Origin: an uncultured Solirubrobacteraceae bacterium
GTDB lineage: Bacteria; Actinomycetota; Thermoleophilia; Solirubrobacterales; Solirubrobacteraceae
Assembly (NCBI GenBank): GCA_963700025.1
Contig: CAVOWC010000008.1
Coordinates: forward strand, 501,789 to 565,788
Direction: 5' to 3'
DNA length: 64,000 bases
Below, one piece after another: positions 1-11,833 of this stretch. Each line of letters opens with the position of its first letter. Within the stretch, counting starts at the first letter, position 1. The position numbers and the translations under genes are program-made. The notes below the pieces were generated by a model. That model was given only the letters and a program-made list of their open reading frames with translations. It did no database searches and was not told where the DNA came from.

Positions 1-2133
1 TGCCCGGGTAGCCGGCCGGCGAGGGGTTGTACAGCGACAGGATCGCGCGGCGCACGACGGATTGCGTCTTGTACGGCGCCCCGGCCCAGTCGTAGAGCCA
101 CGGCGCGTCCGCGTTCGGCTCGTTGCCGAGGAAGGCGTACGGCGAGCTGAAGCCGGCATTGAGCTGCACGAAGAAGCGGTCCAGACGACTCACCGAGGCG
201 CGCCGACCGCCCAGCGCCGCAAACAGGCCGCCCGGGTCCTGGGGCACCATCCATGTGTACTGCGCCGCGTCGCCCTCGGCGAACCCGCGGCTGCTGAGCC
301 CGTCGTTGCGCGTGGGGGTGAACGGCGTGAGGAACCGGCCACCGGCCCAGCGCGGGCGCACGTAGCCGGTGGAGCGGTCGAACACATTGCGCCAGTTGCC
401 GACCGGGCCAGGAACCGGTGGCAGGTCGCGCGGTCGCCGGTCGCGGCGGCGAGCCGAGCGATCGCGAAATCGTCGGTCGCGTACTCGAGCGTGGTGCCCG
501 CCGACCCCCACGCGAGGTCGAGGCTCGGGCGATACGGCCCGGGCTGTGTTCGGCGCCACGCATCCACGGTCTCGGTGGCCACGTTCGCGTTCTGCTCCTG
601 CGGCACGTAGCCGAGCGTCTGATAGGACGTCCCGGCCGGTCGCTCGACGTAGCCGTCGTTGGCACTCACACCACTCGCGGTGGCGCCCTTGACCGCGGCC
701 GCGAGCGCCGTTGGGGGTTGAACCCGTGCCCGCCGAGGGCCCAGATCCCGGCCATCACCGGGTCAGCTGGGTCCCCGGTCATGACCTGCGTCTGCGCGTT
801 GGCGATCGACCATTTCGGCAGCCAGCCGCTCTGAGCCTGATCGGCCAGCAATGAGGAGACGATGTCCGATGCCTGCCTCGGCGCGATCAGTGCCAACAGC
901 GGCATCTGGCTGCGGTAGACGTCCCAGCCCGAGAAGTCGGCGTACTGGGTGTAGCCGCGGGCGATGTGCACGCGGCCGTCCATCCCGATGTAGCGGCCGT
1001 CGACGTCGCTGAAGGTGCTCGGCGCGATCAGCGCGTGATAGAGCATCGAGTAGAACGTGCGCCGATCCGCCGCGCGGCCGCCGCGGACGTCGATCCTCCC
1101 CAGCATCCGGTCCCAGGCCGTCCGGGCGGCCGTCTGCGCGGCGGCGAAGCTGAGACCGTGTGTCTCGGCGTCGAGGTTGGCGCGTGCGTTCTGAACGCTG
1201 ACGAACGAGATCCCGACTCGCATCTCCACCGTGCGGTCCGTGCTCGTGTCGAAGCCGACGTAGGCCCCCGTCTGCGCCGAAGCGCCAGGCGCACCGAGCG
1301 CCCACGGGGCGGCGGGGACGGAGTCGGCGGCGGAGCTCGATCCTGGAGCGAGCGCTCCGCCCCTCCACGTGCCAAAGCTCTGGAACGGCCGGCTGAACCG
1401 AGCCGCGAAGTAGATCCTGTAGCTGCTGGGCTCGACGCAGAAGCCGCCGCTCTGCACCGAGCCAGAGACCTCCTGCCCGCGCCGAGTCGATCTGCACGGC
1501 GCCGTTCATGGCACCGGCGCGGCTGCCGGTCACATCGATCAGAACGCTCCCACTGCCGCCGCCCGGAAAGGAGAAGCGTCCGAGCCCGCTGCGCCGCGTG
1601 GCGGTCAGCGCCACGCCGATCTCGGTGGCCCGGCCCGGGTTGAGCTCGACCTGGTAGGAGCCGGGGGCGGCAGCCTCGTCACGGTGCGAGAACGACGGCA
1701 GCAGGGCCGGGTTCAGGCCGCCGGAGGGCGGCGCCGCCGGCGAGCTCGTGACCGATCCAGCGGTGGGAAGAAACGGCACGTCGCCGTAGTTGGCGCAACC
1801 CGCACCGCTCAGGCGCCGGAGACTGAAACCACGGATCGTCGTGTCGTCGTATGCGTATCCGCCGCCCGGGTTGGGCGACGACGGGCTCGTGTCGGGACCC
1901 CACTGGATCATGCCGAACGGGAGCACCGGTCCGGGGAAGGTGTTCCCGGCACCGCCACCGGTGCCGAAGTCCGGCGCCCCGGCCTCGGTGCCGTCGAACG
2001 GATTCACATCGCTCGCGAGATCGGCGGGCGGGGCCGCCGTTCCGGCCGCGCGGGCCGCGGCGTGGGCCGTTCCTGCCGCGAGCCCGAAGGCGAGCACGAC
2101 CGATACGACCAGAGTGTGGCTGCGCCGCCCCAT
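1..2133 (-). CDS. GH92 family alpha-1,2-mannosidase, secreted; split by several frameshifts and running off the window start
   Basis: Consecutive frames give signal peptide, GNTFPGPVLPFGMIQWGPDT, FYSMLYHALIAP, FSGWDVYRSQ, GTTLEYATDDFA, FAEGDAAQYTWMVP and GNEP motifs typical of GH92. Confidence 0.9.
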
Positions 2134-2289
2134 TCTCTCGTTGACCGGCATCACGCCGACCGCGTCGGCCACGCGGGGACGCGAGTGCAGCGTTGCGGAG
2201 AGGATTGTCCATGATCGGGAGTCCTCAGCACCGGCTGCTCGCTGCGCTCGGGCGCCTGCCGGCCGCGGTCCGACGGGCATCCGCCCGGC

Positions 2290-2595
2290 TCAGGCAGTAC
2301 CGGTGGGCGGCTCCCGGGTGGCCTCGAATGCCCGGCGCGCCTCTGCGCCTCCGGGCGCAGTGCCCTTGAGCACGACCACGGTCAGGTAGAGGACGGCAAG
2401 AAGAATCTTGGCTCCGCGCCGCTTGTCACCGCCGCGCTTCAGCGCCATCGACGCGACCGCCACGATGGCGGTGACGATCCAGCCCTCGCGGGACACCGGA
2501 TTCCATCCCCATCCGATCCGGCGCGGCGCGAACCAGACCTCGGTGCCGATCAGCGGTGTCGTGCGCACCGTCTTCTCGCCGCTCATGTCGTCCAC
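2290..2595 (-). CDS. small membrane protein of unknown function
   Basis: GGAGGAG SD before GTG; WFAPRRIGWGWNPVSREGW motif followed by two hydrophobic segments. Confidence 0.75.
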   Translation of the reverse strand: MDDMSGEKTVRTTPLIGTEVWFAPRRIGWGWNPVSREGWIVTAIVAVASMALKRGGDKRRGAKILLAVLYLTVVVLKGTAPGGAEARRAFEATREPPTGTA

Positions 2596-2792
2596 GCTAC
2601 TCCTCCGCGGGCCGCCGGTCGAACGCCGGCGAGGCGCTCGAGCCGCAGCCGCCGCAGATGCAGTGCCGGCCGTGAATCGGTGACACGTTGAGGCCGGTCA
2701 TCGACGGATGCCGATTCGAGGGCTCGCTGCGGCGCGGCTCACGCTGGCCAGGCCCGGCGGCGAGGGCACCGTCCCCGTACGGATGCTTGGAC

Positions 2793-2963
2793 ATGCGTGC
2801 TCGTCTGAGAATGAACCAGGACAACGGGGCTCCGGGCGGCGGTGAAGACGGACCTGGAGGCGGGTCGGGGGCGAGATTCCCGGTCCGCAAGGGGCGCAAA
2901 CGCGAACTTTGCCTTCGGTTCGAGCTCGAGACGCTCCACACCCTGACGCCTGGGCGGGCGTGA
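2793..2963 (+). pseudogene. 3' remnant of an HD-domain protein paralog
   Basis: LRFELETLHTLTPGR(A)* matches the C-terminus LRFELETLQHLPPGR* of the gene at 22043-22660 (12/15 aa); 5' limit uncertain. Confidence 0.55.
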
Positions 2964-3050
2964 CGCGAGTCCGCCCGGATTGCCCCTTCGGCCCCCGGGG
3001 TAGGCCCACCAGGACAGCGTGCGCTGGGAGGCGCGAACAGGAGGAGAACC

Positions 3051-4004
3051 ATGCCGTACCGACTTCAGCCCGGCGAGTCAGTGCCGGTAGCCGTGCGCCG
3101 CAGCGCACGCGAACAGATCGAGCACGCGATCGGCGAGCTCACCGACGGCGCCCCGGCCGACACGGTCACGGCGGTCCACGATGCCCGCAAGGCGCTCAAG
3201 AAGGAGCGCTCGTTGCTGCGGCTCTCCCGCGGCACCCTGACCGGGTCTGAGCGCCGGCGTGAGAACGAGGCCTTCCGCGAGGCCGCTCGCAGTCTCAGCG
3301 CCGCCCGGGACGCCGATGTGATGGTCGAGGCGCTCGAGGGACTCGGGGACCGATATGCCGGACAGGTTCCCAAGGCGACATTCGACGCCGTCCGCCGCAA
3401 GCTGGATGCCGAGCGCCGGCTGGCGCGCCGAGCCCTCGAGCAGGGTGACGCCACCAACCGGGTCAACGGCGAGCTTCGGGAGGCGGTCCCGCGGATCGAG
3501 GAGTGGACGCTGGAACGGGACGGCTGGCCGGCGATCGCCCACGGTCTCGGTCGTGAGTACGCGCGCGGGCGCCGAGCGTTCATGCGCGCCATGGCGCGGC
3601 CGACGGACGAGAACCTCCACGCGTGGCGCAAGCGGGCCAAGGACCTCTGGTACCACCTACGGTGGCTCGCGCCGATCTCCCCGGGCACGATGCGCGGTCA
3701 CGCCCAGGACGCGCACCGGCTGGCCGATCTGCTCGGCGATGATCACGACCTCGCCGTCCTGCGCACGACCCTGCTGGAACTGGCCGGGCAGGTCCCACAG
3801 GATCTCGACCCGGTGGTCGGACTGATAGATCACCGCCGAGCCCAGCTTCAGACCGAGGCGATATTCCTCGGTCGGCGGCTCTATGCCGAGAAGCCGAAGG
3901 CGCTCGTGCGCCGCCTGCACAGCTATTGGCGGGCGTGGCGTGACGAGACACGGGCCGTGGCCGCGCACCGGCCGGCGGAGCTGGCCGAGGCGGCGGGAGG
4001 CTAG
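3051..4004 (+). CDS. CHAD domain protein (polyphosphate-binding)
   Basis: VHDARKALKKERSLLRL, ARDADV, LHAWRKRAKDLWY and LGDDHDL motifs; AGGAG SD. Confidence 0.93.
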   Translation: MPYRLQPGESVPVAVRRSAREQIEHAIGELTDGAPADTVTAVHDARKALKKERSLLRLSRGTLTGSERRRENEAFREAARSLSAARDADVMVEALEGLGDRYAGQVPKATFDAVRRKLDAERRLARRALEQGDATNRVNGELREAVPRIEEWTLERDGWPAIAHGLGREYARGRRAFMRAMARPTDENLHAWRKRAKDLWYHLRWLAPISPGTMRGHAQDAHRLADLLGDDHDLAVLRTTLLELAGQVPQDLDPVVGLIDHRRAQLQTEAIFLGRRLYAEKPKALVRRLHSYWRAWRDETRAVAAHRPAELAEAAGG

Positions 4005-4092
4005 CTTCCGCCGGGACCCAGTGCCGGGCCCGGGCGCCGAGATTTGAGGCCGGCGCTAACGCGAGACCGCGGGAATGCCGATGGTGCGTGGT

Positions 4093-5821
4093 ATGAGCCC
4101 CACCATCGGCGCCCCGCCCGCGCCGGTCCGCGAGGAGGGGAATTCCCCGCGAGGCCTGATCCCACCGTCGCGACGCGGTCGCTCGGCACGCCAGATCGGC
4201 GACGTGATCGTCGATCTCGGGTTCGTGTTGCGCGAGACGGTCGAGGCGGCGGTCGAGACGGCCCGCGCCCAGGGCCGAACGACGGGCCAGATCCTGCTCG
4301 AGACGGGCGCGCTGCGCCAGGACCAGCTCGCCCGGGCTCTGGCCGAGCGCTTCGGCGTCGACTATGTCGACCTGTCGATATTCGAAGTCGACATGGGTGC
4401 GGTGAACCTGATCGCTGTCGATGTGGCCAGGCGCTACCAGGCCGTGCCCGTCGCGTTCATGCCCGACGGGTCCGTGTTGCTGGCGATGGCCGACCCGACG
4501 AACGTCCTGACCGTCGACGAGATCTCGATGATCACCGGCCTCACCGTCTGGCCCGCGGCCGCGGAGCGCGAGGACATCAGCGCGCTGATCGCCCGGCTCA
4601 ACCGGCTCGATGAGAGCGTCATGGCCGTGGAGGAGCCCGAGCCGGAGCTCGAGATCGAGCTGACGCCGACCAGCCCGGGTCAGAGCGCGGAGGCGCCCGT
4701 CGTCAAGCTCGTGCACGCGATCATCGCCGAGGCGGTCGAGCGCGGCGCGTCGGACATTCACTGCGATCCGGAGTCAGGCGACATGCAGGTCCTGTTCCGG
4801 ATCGACGGGGTGCTGACGCCGGCGGCCACCGTGGCCCGCGCGATGTCAGCCGGCGTGGTCTCGCGGATCAAGATCATGGCCAACCTCGACATCGCCGAGC
4901 GGCGCGTCTCCCAGGACGGCCGCCTCGCCGTGACCATCGACGGCCGCCGCATCGACGTGCGGGTGGTGACGCTGCCGCTGATCCGGGGCGAGGCCGTCGT
5001 GATGCGCATCCTCGACACCGGCTCGGTCGTGCGCGACCTCGATGCGCTCGGCATGCGCGCCCGCGACCGCGAGACCTTCGTGTCGGCGATCGGCAAGCCC
5101 TATGGGGCCGTGCTGGTCACCGGCCCCACCGGCTCGGGCAAGTCGACGACGCTGTACGGCGCACTCGGAATCGTCAACGACGGTCGGCGCAGCGTCCTCA
5201 CGATCGAAGACCCGGTCGAGTCCCCGATCGCCGGGATCAAGCAGATGCAGGTCGCCCCAAAGGCGGGGGTGACCTTCGCCGCCGGCCTGCGCTCGATGCT
5301 CCGCGCCGACCCCGACGTGATCATGGTCGGCGAGATTCGTGACGCCGAGACCGCGGCGATCGCAGTTCAGGCGGCGCTGACGGGCCATCTCGTGCTGTCC
5401 ACGCTGCACACCCGCGATGCCCCCAGCGCGATGACCCGCCTCCTCGACATGGGGATCGAGCCGTTCATGATCGCGGCGGCGGTCGACTGCGTCGTGGCGC
5501 AGCGCCTCGCCCGCGTTCTGTGCGAGCAGTGCAAGCGCCCGGCCACGCTCGCGCCGGGGGTGCTGGCCGAGCACGGACTCGAGGATGCCGAGGTGTACGA
5601 GCCGGTCGGCTGCATGCGCTGCGCGGAGACCGGCTACCGCGGCCGGATCGGGCTCTATGAGGTGATGCCGGTCACCGAGACGATCCGCACCCTGCTGCTC
5701 GAGCGACGCGGCGTCGACGAGATCGCCGCCACCGCGGCCCGGCTCGGCATGAGCAGCATGCGCGAGGACGGGTTCGAGAAGGTCCGCCAGGGCATCACCT
5801 CGTTGGTCGAGGTGGCCCGGG

Positions 5822-5838
<17 letters not shown>
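4093..5838 (+). CDS. GspE/PilB family assembly ATPase with N-terminal MshEN-like domain
   Basis: ASDIH, GPTGSGKSTT Walker A, TIEDPVE, DPDVIMVGEIRD, GHLVLSTLH, tetracysteine CxxC...CxxC; start may be 4075/4081. Confidence 0.93.
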
Positions 5839-6940
<1,102 letters not shown>

Positions 6941-6943
6941 CGG

Positions 6944-7300
6944 CTACGCGGCTCGGCCCGGCGTCAGCAGGGCGTCAAGTTCCCCGAGTTGGCGACGCAC
7001 GCCGCCGCATACCTGCTCACAGAGCTCGAACACGCCCTCGTCGGCGATCGCGTAGCGCACGTGGTTGCCGTCCTTGGTGCGGGACACCATGCCCGCGCCG
7101 TGAAGGATCCCCATGTGCTTGGAGACGTTCTGCTGCGAGGCGCCCAGCTTCTCCTGCAGCTCCCCGACGGTCGCATCGCCGTCGCGCAACTGGTCGAGCA
7201 GCTTGATCCGCATGGGCTCGGCGAGCACGCGGAAGCGCTGGGCGATCAGCTCGACAAGCGGATCGCCGAGAGGATGCGACAAGGAGCTCGGGCCAGGCAT
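6944..7300 (-). CDS. ArsR/SmtB family transcriptional regulator with C-terminal CxxxC
   Basis: FRVLAEPMRIKLL, SQQNVSKH helix, wing GNHVRY, FELCEQVCG. Confidence 0.92.
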   Translation of the reverse strand: MPGPSSLSHPLGDPLVELIAQRFRVLAEPMRIKLLDQLRDGDATVGELQEKLGASQQNVSKHMGILHGAGMVSRTKDGNHVRYAIADEGVFELCEQVCGGVRRQLGELDALLTPGRAA

Positions 7301-7315
7301 ACGACCAAGCCTACC

Positions 7316-7333
7316 ACAAGCGCACAGTTGTAT
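7316..7333. promoter_or_regulatory. putative ArsR operator ACAAGCGCACAGTTGTAT just upstream of the -10 (TAGGCT) of the leaderless ArsR gene
   Basis: ACAA-N8-TTGT inverted repeat; 17/18 identical copy at 18903-18920. Confidence 0.65.
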
Positions 7334-7350
7334 AGACTGCTACGGGTCCG

Positions 7351-8001
7351 CTACGCGGCCGGGCCGACGCTCACGTGGGTGATCGGCACGTCCAGCTCGC
7401 GGCGCAGGCGCTTGAGCTCTGCCTGCTCCTGCCAGGACTCGTCCTCGCCGGGGTGGGTGACGACGATCACCTCGTCGGCGCCGAAAGCACGCAACCGGTC
7501 CTCGAGCGCGGACGACGGGCTCGGGTCGCCGACCTCACCACGGGCCACGATCCCGCACTGCTGCGCCCACCGCAGGGAGCGGTTCAAGCGCGCCTGCGCG
7601 GCCACGCGCTCGCGGTCGATATCGGTCACGGCGTAGTGAAGCCGCGAGGTCAGCACGGGGACCAGCACGTCGATCTCCGTGTGTTCAGGATCGACACGCG
7701 TGATCTGCTCGCGCAGCTCATCGCCGGACAGGGCCTCGTTGGCCACCACGAGCACGTGGCGGGTGCCGCTGGGAGAGCGGGCGGGATGATTCTCACGTGC
7801 CGCGTCGCTGAGCGTGTTGCGGCGATCCGGGTTCTCGGCCCGGAGATACGCGACCGTGGCCGCCACGATGGCGAGCACGAGCACCGCGACGCCCACCCAC
7901 GCCGTCGTGACCACCCCGAGGATCACGGCAACGGCGATCACGGCCACGGTTCCGAACACGAGCCGGAAGGCCTCTCGTTCCGATCTGATGGGAGTGCGCA
8001 T
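7351..8001 (-). CDS. membrane protein with C-terminal USP-like domain
   Basis: Two N-terminal TM helices, then HVLVVAN...GEVGDPSP...FGADEVIVVTHP...ELDVPITHV. Confidence 0.8.
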   Translation of the reverse strand: MRTPIRSEREAFRLVFGTVAVIAVAVILGVVTTAWVGVAVLVLAIVAATVAYLRAENPDRRNTLSDAARENHPARSPSGTRHVLVVANEALSGDELREQITRVDPEHTEIDVLVPVLTSRLHYAVTDIDRERVAAQARLNRSLRWAQQCGIVARGEVGDPSPSSALEDRLRAFGADEVIVVTHPGEDESWQEQAELKRLRRELDVPITHVSVGPAA

Positions 8002-8095
8002 AGTGGCCTGAACTTACGCCGGGCGCAGCAGCGGGTCATGCGGGAAAACCACGGGTCTGACCGCGGACTTTCCCCGGCTCGGCGTCACGGGCCGT

Positions 8096-9331
8096 TCAGG
8101 CGCTCTGATCCTCGCGGCGCCGGCGCTGGCGGCGTAGCTCCTGACGGGCGACCGAGAGGCGGTGGACCTCGTCGGGTCCGTCGGCGATGCGCAGCGTCCG
8201 CAGCCCGGCGTACATGTAGGCCAGCGGGAAGTCGTCACTGACCCCGGCACCGCCGTGGATCTGGATCGCGCGATCGACCACCTTGAGCGCGACGCTCGGA
8301 ACGACGGCCTTGATCGCGGCGATCTCGATGCGCGCATGCCGGTTGCCCACCGTGTCCATCAGCCACGCCGCCTTCATCACCAGCAGACGGGCCATGTCGA
8401 GCTCGATCCGGCTCTCGGCGATCCAATCGCGCACGTTGGCGTTGTGCGAGATCGGCTGTCCGAACGTCTCACGCGCGTCGGCCCGATCGCAGAGCATCTC
8501 CAGCGCCCGCTCGGCCGCGCCGAGCGCCCGCATGCAGTGATGGATCCGGCCGGGGCCGAGACGGGCCTGGGCGATCAGGAAGCCCATCCCCTCGCCGGCG
8601 ATGATGTTGGAGGCCGGAACCCGGACGTCCTCGAACAGCAGCTCGCCGTGGCCCTCGGGGTCGTGGTAGCCGAACACCGGCACGCTGCGCAGGACCGTGA
8701 CCCCGGGCGTGTCGAGGGGCACGAGCACCATCGACTGCTGCTGATAGGTGGCCGCCTCGGGGTCCGTCTTGCCCATCACGATCAGGATCCGCGCGTTGGG
8801 ATGCAGCGCGCCCGTGGTCCACCACTTGCGTCCGTTGAGCACGTACTCGTCGCCTTGGCGGTCGATCCGCATGGCGATGTTGGTCGCATCCGAGCTCGCG
8901 ACGTCGGGCTCGGTCATGGCGAAGCCGGAGCGGATCTCGCCGGCCAGCAGCGGCTCGAGCCAGCGGTCCTTCTGCTCCTCGGAGCCGAACTGGTGCAGCA
9001 CCTCCATGTTGCCGGTGTCGGGGGCGGAGCAGTTGCAGGCTTCGGAGGCGATCCGGGTCCGGCCCATGATCTCCGCCAGCGGCGCATATTCGACGTTGGT
9101 CAGGCCGGCGCCACGCTCCTCGTCGGGGAGGAACAGGTTCCACAGGCCCCGCTCGCGGGCCGCGCGCTTGAGCTCCTCCATCACCGTGGGGTGACAATGA
9201 GGAGCACCTGTCGCGGTCGCCTCGCGCACCTGCTCCTGCCAGACGGACTCGGCGGGCCGGATCTCGTCCTCCATGAACACGAGCAGACGCTCGCGAATCT
9301 CCTCGGCGCGCGGGGAAGGCTGGATGTTCAT
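8096..9331 (-). CDS. acyl-CoA dehydrogenase (ACAD10/11-like)
   Basis: [57 protein letters not shown]. Confidence 0.95.
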   Translation of the reverse strand: MNIQPSPRAEEIRERLLVFMEDEIRPAESVWQEQVREATATGAPHCHPTVMEELKRAARERGLWNLFLPDEERGAGLTNVEYAPLAEIMGRTRIASEACNCSAPDTGNMEVLHQFGSEEQKDRWLEPLLAGEIRSGFAMTEPDVASSDATNIAMRIDRQGDEYVLNGRKWWTTGALHPNARILIVMGKTDPEAATYQQQSMVLVPLDTPGVTVLRSVPVFGYHDPEGHGELLFEDVRVPASNIIAGEGMGFLIAQARLGPGRIHHCMRALGAAERALEMLCDRADARETFGQPISHNANVRDWIAESRIELDMARLLVMKAAWLMDTVGNRHARIEIAAIKAVVPSVALKVVDRAIQIHGGAGVSDDFPLAYMYAGLRTLRIADGPDEVHRLSVARQELRRQRRRREDQSA

Positions 9332-9356
9332 CGTGTCTCCTTGCGGCGGGCTCGGC

Positions 9357-10344
9357 TCACCGCGCGATCACGGTGAAGAAATCTCGGCTGTACGGCACCA
9401 GGAAGTAGCCTGACACTCCGGCTTGGCCGGGGGCGACCGGGATAGGTGCCAGCGGCCCATGACCGCCTCGGTGACCGTACAGGTAGCCGGCCACCCAGGC
9501 CGGGTTGATGTCCAGCTGGACCGCGCGGACAACGCGAGCGGCGAGCAGCGCGCCGGCCAACTGGGAGACGGTGAGATGCTCGCCGCCGGCCCAGATCAGG
9601 CGCCCGTCGGCGGTGACGCCGAGCGCGGAGCGCGCCGGAGCGACGACACCGCCGAGCGTCGCGCCCCAGCAACTCAGGCAGTCGAGGTTGGAGGCGGCGA
9701 CGCCGTGGTCGATCAGCAGGCTCAGGTTCTGGCGCACGGAAGCGACCGGCCGCCCGGCCGCCGGCACGCCGGCGTGCCACGCTCCGATATCGGTGTAGCC
9801 GTCCCGGTAGGTGACGATCGAGCCAAGTCCGGCGGTGGGCGCGATCGCCACGCGGCCATGGGACACGAATCCGCCCGCCGCGGTGGAGAACTTGAATCCG
9901 CCGTTGAAGGCCGCGACCAGGCGCCGGCGCTCGGAGCCGACCACCGCCGGTCCCGAATGCCACCCGGAGCCGCCCGGGTCGACCGTGCCGGCGTGCAGGA
10001 CGAGCCCGACCAGGCTCTGGTCAAAGGACAGCAGGCCCACACCGGACGCCGAGCGAGCGATCCAGGCGGCGGTCCGGTCGCGGATCCGCACGGCGGGGAC
10101 GAAATGCGTCGGCCCCGTGCCGAGCGCGACGGCCAGCACCCGCGGATACGACGGCGGCTTGGGTCGCGACGGAGCGGGCGTCGTGGCGGTGTGGGCGACC
10201 GAGCCCGTCGTCCGCGACGCCGAGGTCGAGACGACGGCGATTGCGGCACCGGGCCGCGTGGCCGCCGTGCCACCCCCGCCGCAGCCCACGATCGCCAGCG
10301 CGGCGACGCCCAGCGGCCGCCGCCGCCACGACCCGTCGTCTCAC
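9357..10344 (-). CDS. putative lipoprotein, phosphodiester glycosidase (NAGPA)-like; apparent frameshift in the signal peptide near 10315
   Basis: GTGA overlap with ferredoxin stop; MRRRVV...[11 protein letters not shown] lipobox across a frameshift; [28 protein letters not shown] motifs. Confidence 0.7.
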
Positions 10345-10541
10345 GTGCCGTCTGACTCGAGCAACAGGGCCAGAGTAGGGCACGCCTCGGCGGCCCGACG
10401 GGCGATTCCGTTCAGTTCCGGCGGCACCGGCTCACCATCGAGGATCGGGTATCCCCATTCGTCCAGTCGGACGCGCTCCGGCAACAGCTCGGCGCACAGG
10501 CCGTGGGCCACGCACTGAATCGGATCGACCTTGAGGCGCAC
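10341..10541 (-). CDS. small single-cluster ferredoxin (likely 3Fe-4S type)
   Basis: CVAHGLC...ACP cysteine pattern, 66 aa. Confidence 0.9.
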   Translation of the reverse strand: MRLKVDPIQCVAHGLCAELLPERVRLDEWGYPILDGEPVPPELNGIARRAAEACPTLALLLESDGT

Positions 10542-10543
10542 GG

Positions 10544-11833
10544 CTACGCGACGGAGTACGCGAGCGGTGCCGGCGCCGGGAGGACGGGAGCGCACGCGCA
10601 ACGATCGCACGGCCCGAGGCGGGCGTGGTCGTGGAACTCGGCCTCGAACACCCTCAGCGCGCTGGCCACGAAGCGCACCGCGCCGTCAGGGTGCTGACAG
10701 GCCCCCCGCCCGGGCAGCTCCCGGCCCCAACGGGCCAGATCCGCCCAGGCGCCGGCCGCTGCCGTGCCCGCGGCGATCTCCTGGATCGTGTCCGCGATCG
10801 CCCCGAGGCCGTTCACGCAGGGCCCGCATTGTCCCGCGGTCTGCGCGGCGAAGTAGTCGGCGATGCGGACGGTTTCGGCCACGGGACAGGCCGACGCGCC
10901 GAGCGCCACGATGACGCCGGCGCCGAGGATCGCCCCGTGCTCGGCGAGGTGCTCGGCGGCGAGCCGCACGCCGGGAATGTGTTCGGCCGGCAGCCAGCTT
11001 CCGAAGTAGCCGCCGATCAGCACTGCCGACAGCGGCTCGGACTCGCCCGCCGACTGCAGCAGATCGGCCAGCGGCATGCCGCGCTCGATCTCGTACACCC
11101 CCGGAGCGGACACGGCGCCGGCGAGGGTGACGAGCGTGGAGCCGGGGTCGCGCTCGGTGCCGAGCCCGCGGTACCAGCCCGCGCCGTGGCGGGCGATCAA
11201 CGCCAGGTGGGCCAATGTCTCGACGTTCTGGACCAGCGTCGGCCGCTGCCGCACGCCGCGTTCGAACGGGCGCGCACCGAAGGTCGGCCGGCCCGGGCCT
11301 CCGTTCAGCCGGTTGACGAGCGCGGACTCCTGACCGGTCAGCCAGCGCTCCGGAACGCCGGCGGTCGAGAACCGGGGCTCCCCGCGCAGCCCAGCCGCGC
11401 GACGCTCGGCCACGGCCCGGTCGAGGCTGTGCGCGCTGCGCTCGTCGAGCTCGGAGACGGCGATGATCGCCTCACCGGCGCCGATGGCGCGGGCGGCGAC
11501 GGCGGCGCCGTCGAGCACGAGGTGGGGCAGCTCGCGCAGCAGGACGCGGTCCTTCTTGCTGGCCGGCTCGCCCTCGGTGCCGTTGGCCACGAGGATCTTG
11601 GGTCTGCGCCGCGACGCGACGGCGCGCAGCTTGGTAGCGGTCGGGAACCCGGCGCCCCCGTGGCCGCGCAGGCCCGATTCCGCGACCAGGGCGATGATCT
11701 GGTCCGGGGAGGATCCCCGGAGCTCGGGCAGCGGACCGTGTTGATCCAGATGCGATGCGAGCTCGGTCATCGGCAGCTCGCCCACGCCCGTCAGCAGGCG
11801 CGGGAGCGCCCGTTCGGTGGCAATCGCCATCAT
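10544..11833 (-). CDS. stand-alone NuoF-like NADH/FMN-binding Fe-S protein
   Basis: SGLRGHGGAGFPT, NGTEGEPAS, GQESAL, NVETLAH, SLBB region, GQCGPC...GAC; ATGA overlap with upstream gene. Confidence 0.9.
   Translation of the reverse strand: MMAIATERALPRLLTGVGELPMTELASHLDQHGPLPELRGSSPDQIIALVAESGLRGHGGAGFPTATKLRAVASRRRPKILVANGTEGEPASKKDRVLLRELPHLVLDGAAVAARAIGAGEAIIAVSELDERSAHSLDRAVAERRAAGLRGEPRFSTAGVPERWLTGQESALVNRLNGGPGRPTFGARPFERGVRQRPTLVQNVETLAHLALIARHGAGWYRGLGTERDPGSTLVTLAGAVSAPGVYEIERGMPLADLLQSAGESEPLSAVLIGGYFGSWLPAEHIPGVRLAAEHLAEHGAILGAGVIVALGASACPVAETVRIADYFAAQTAGQCGPCVNGLGAIADTIQEIAAGTAAAGAWADLARWGRELPGRGACQHPDGAVRFVASALRVFEAEFHDHARLGPCDRCACAPVLPAPAPLAYSVA

Noticed and set aside
2860-2915. 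GGGGCGCAAA stretch suggestive of a c-di-GMP-I riboswitch upstream of CHAD/PilB
   Set aside because: No GGCAAA-stem-GNRA P2 or following P3 arrangement; the region is better explained as a gene remnant.
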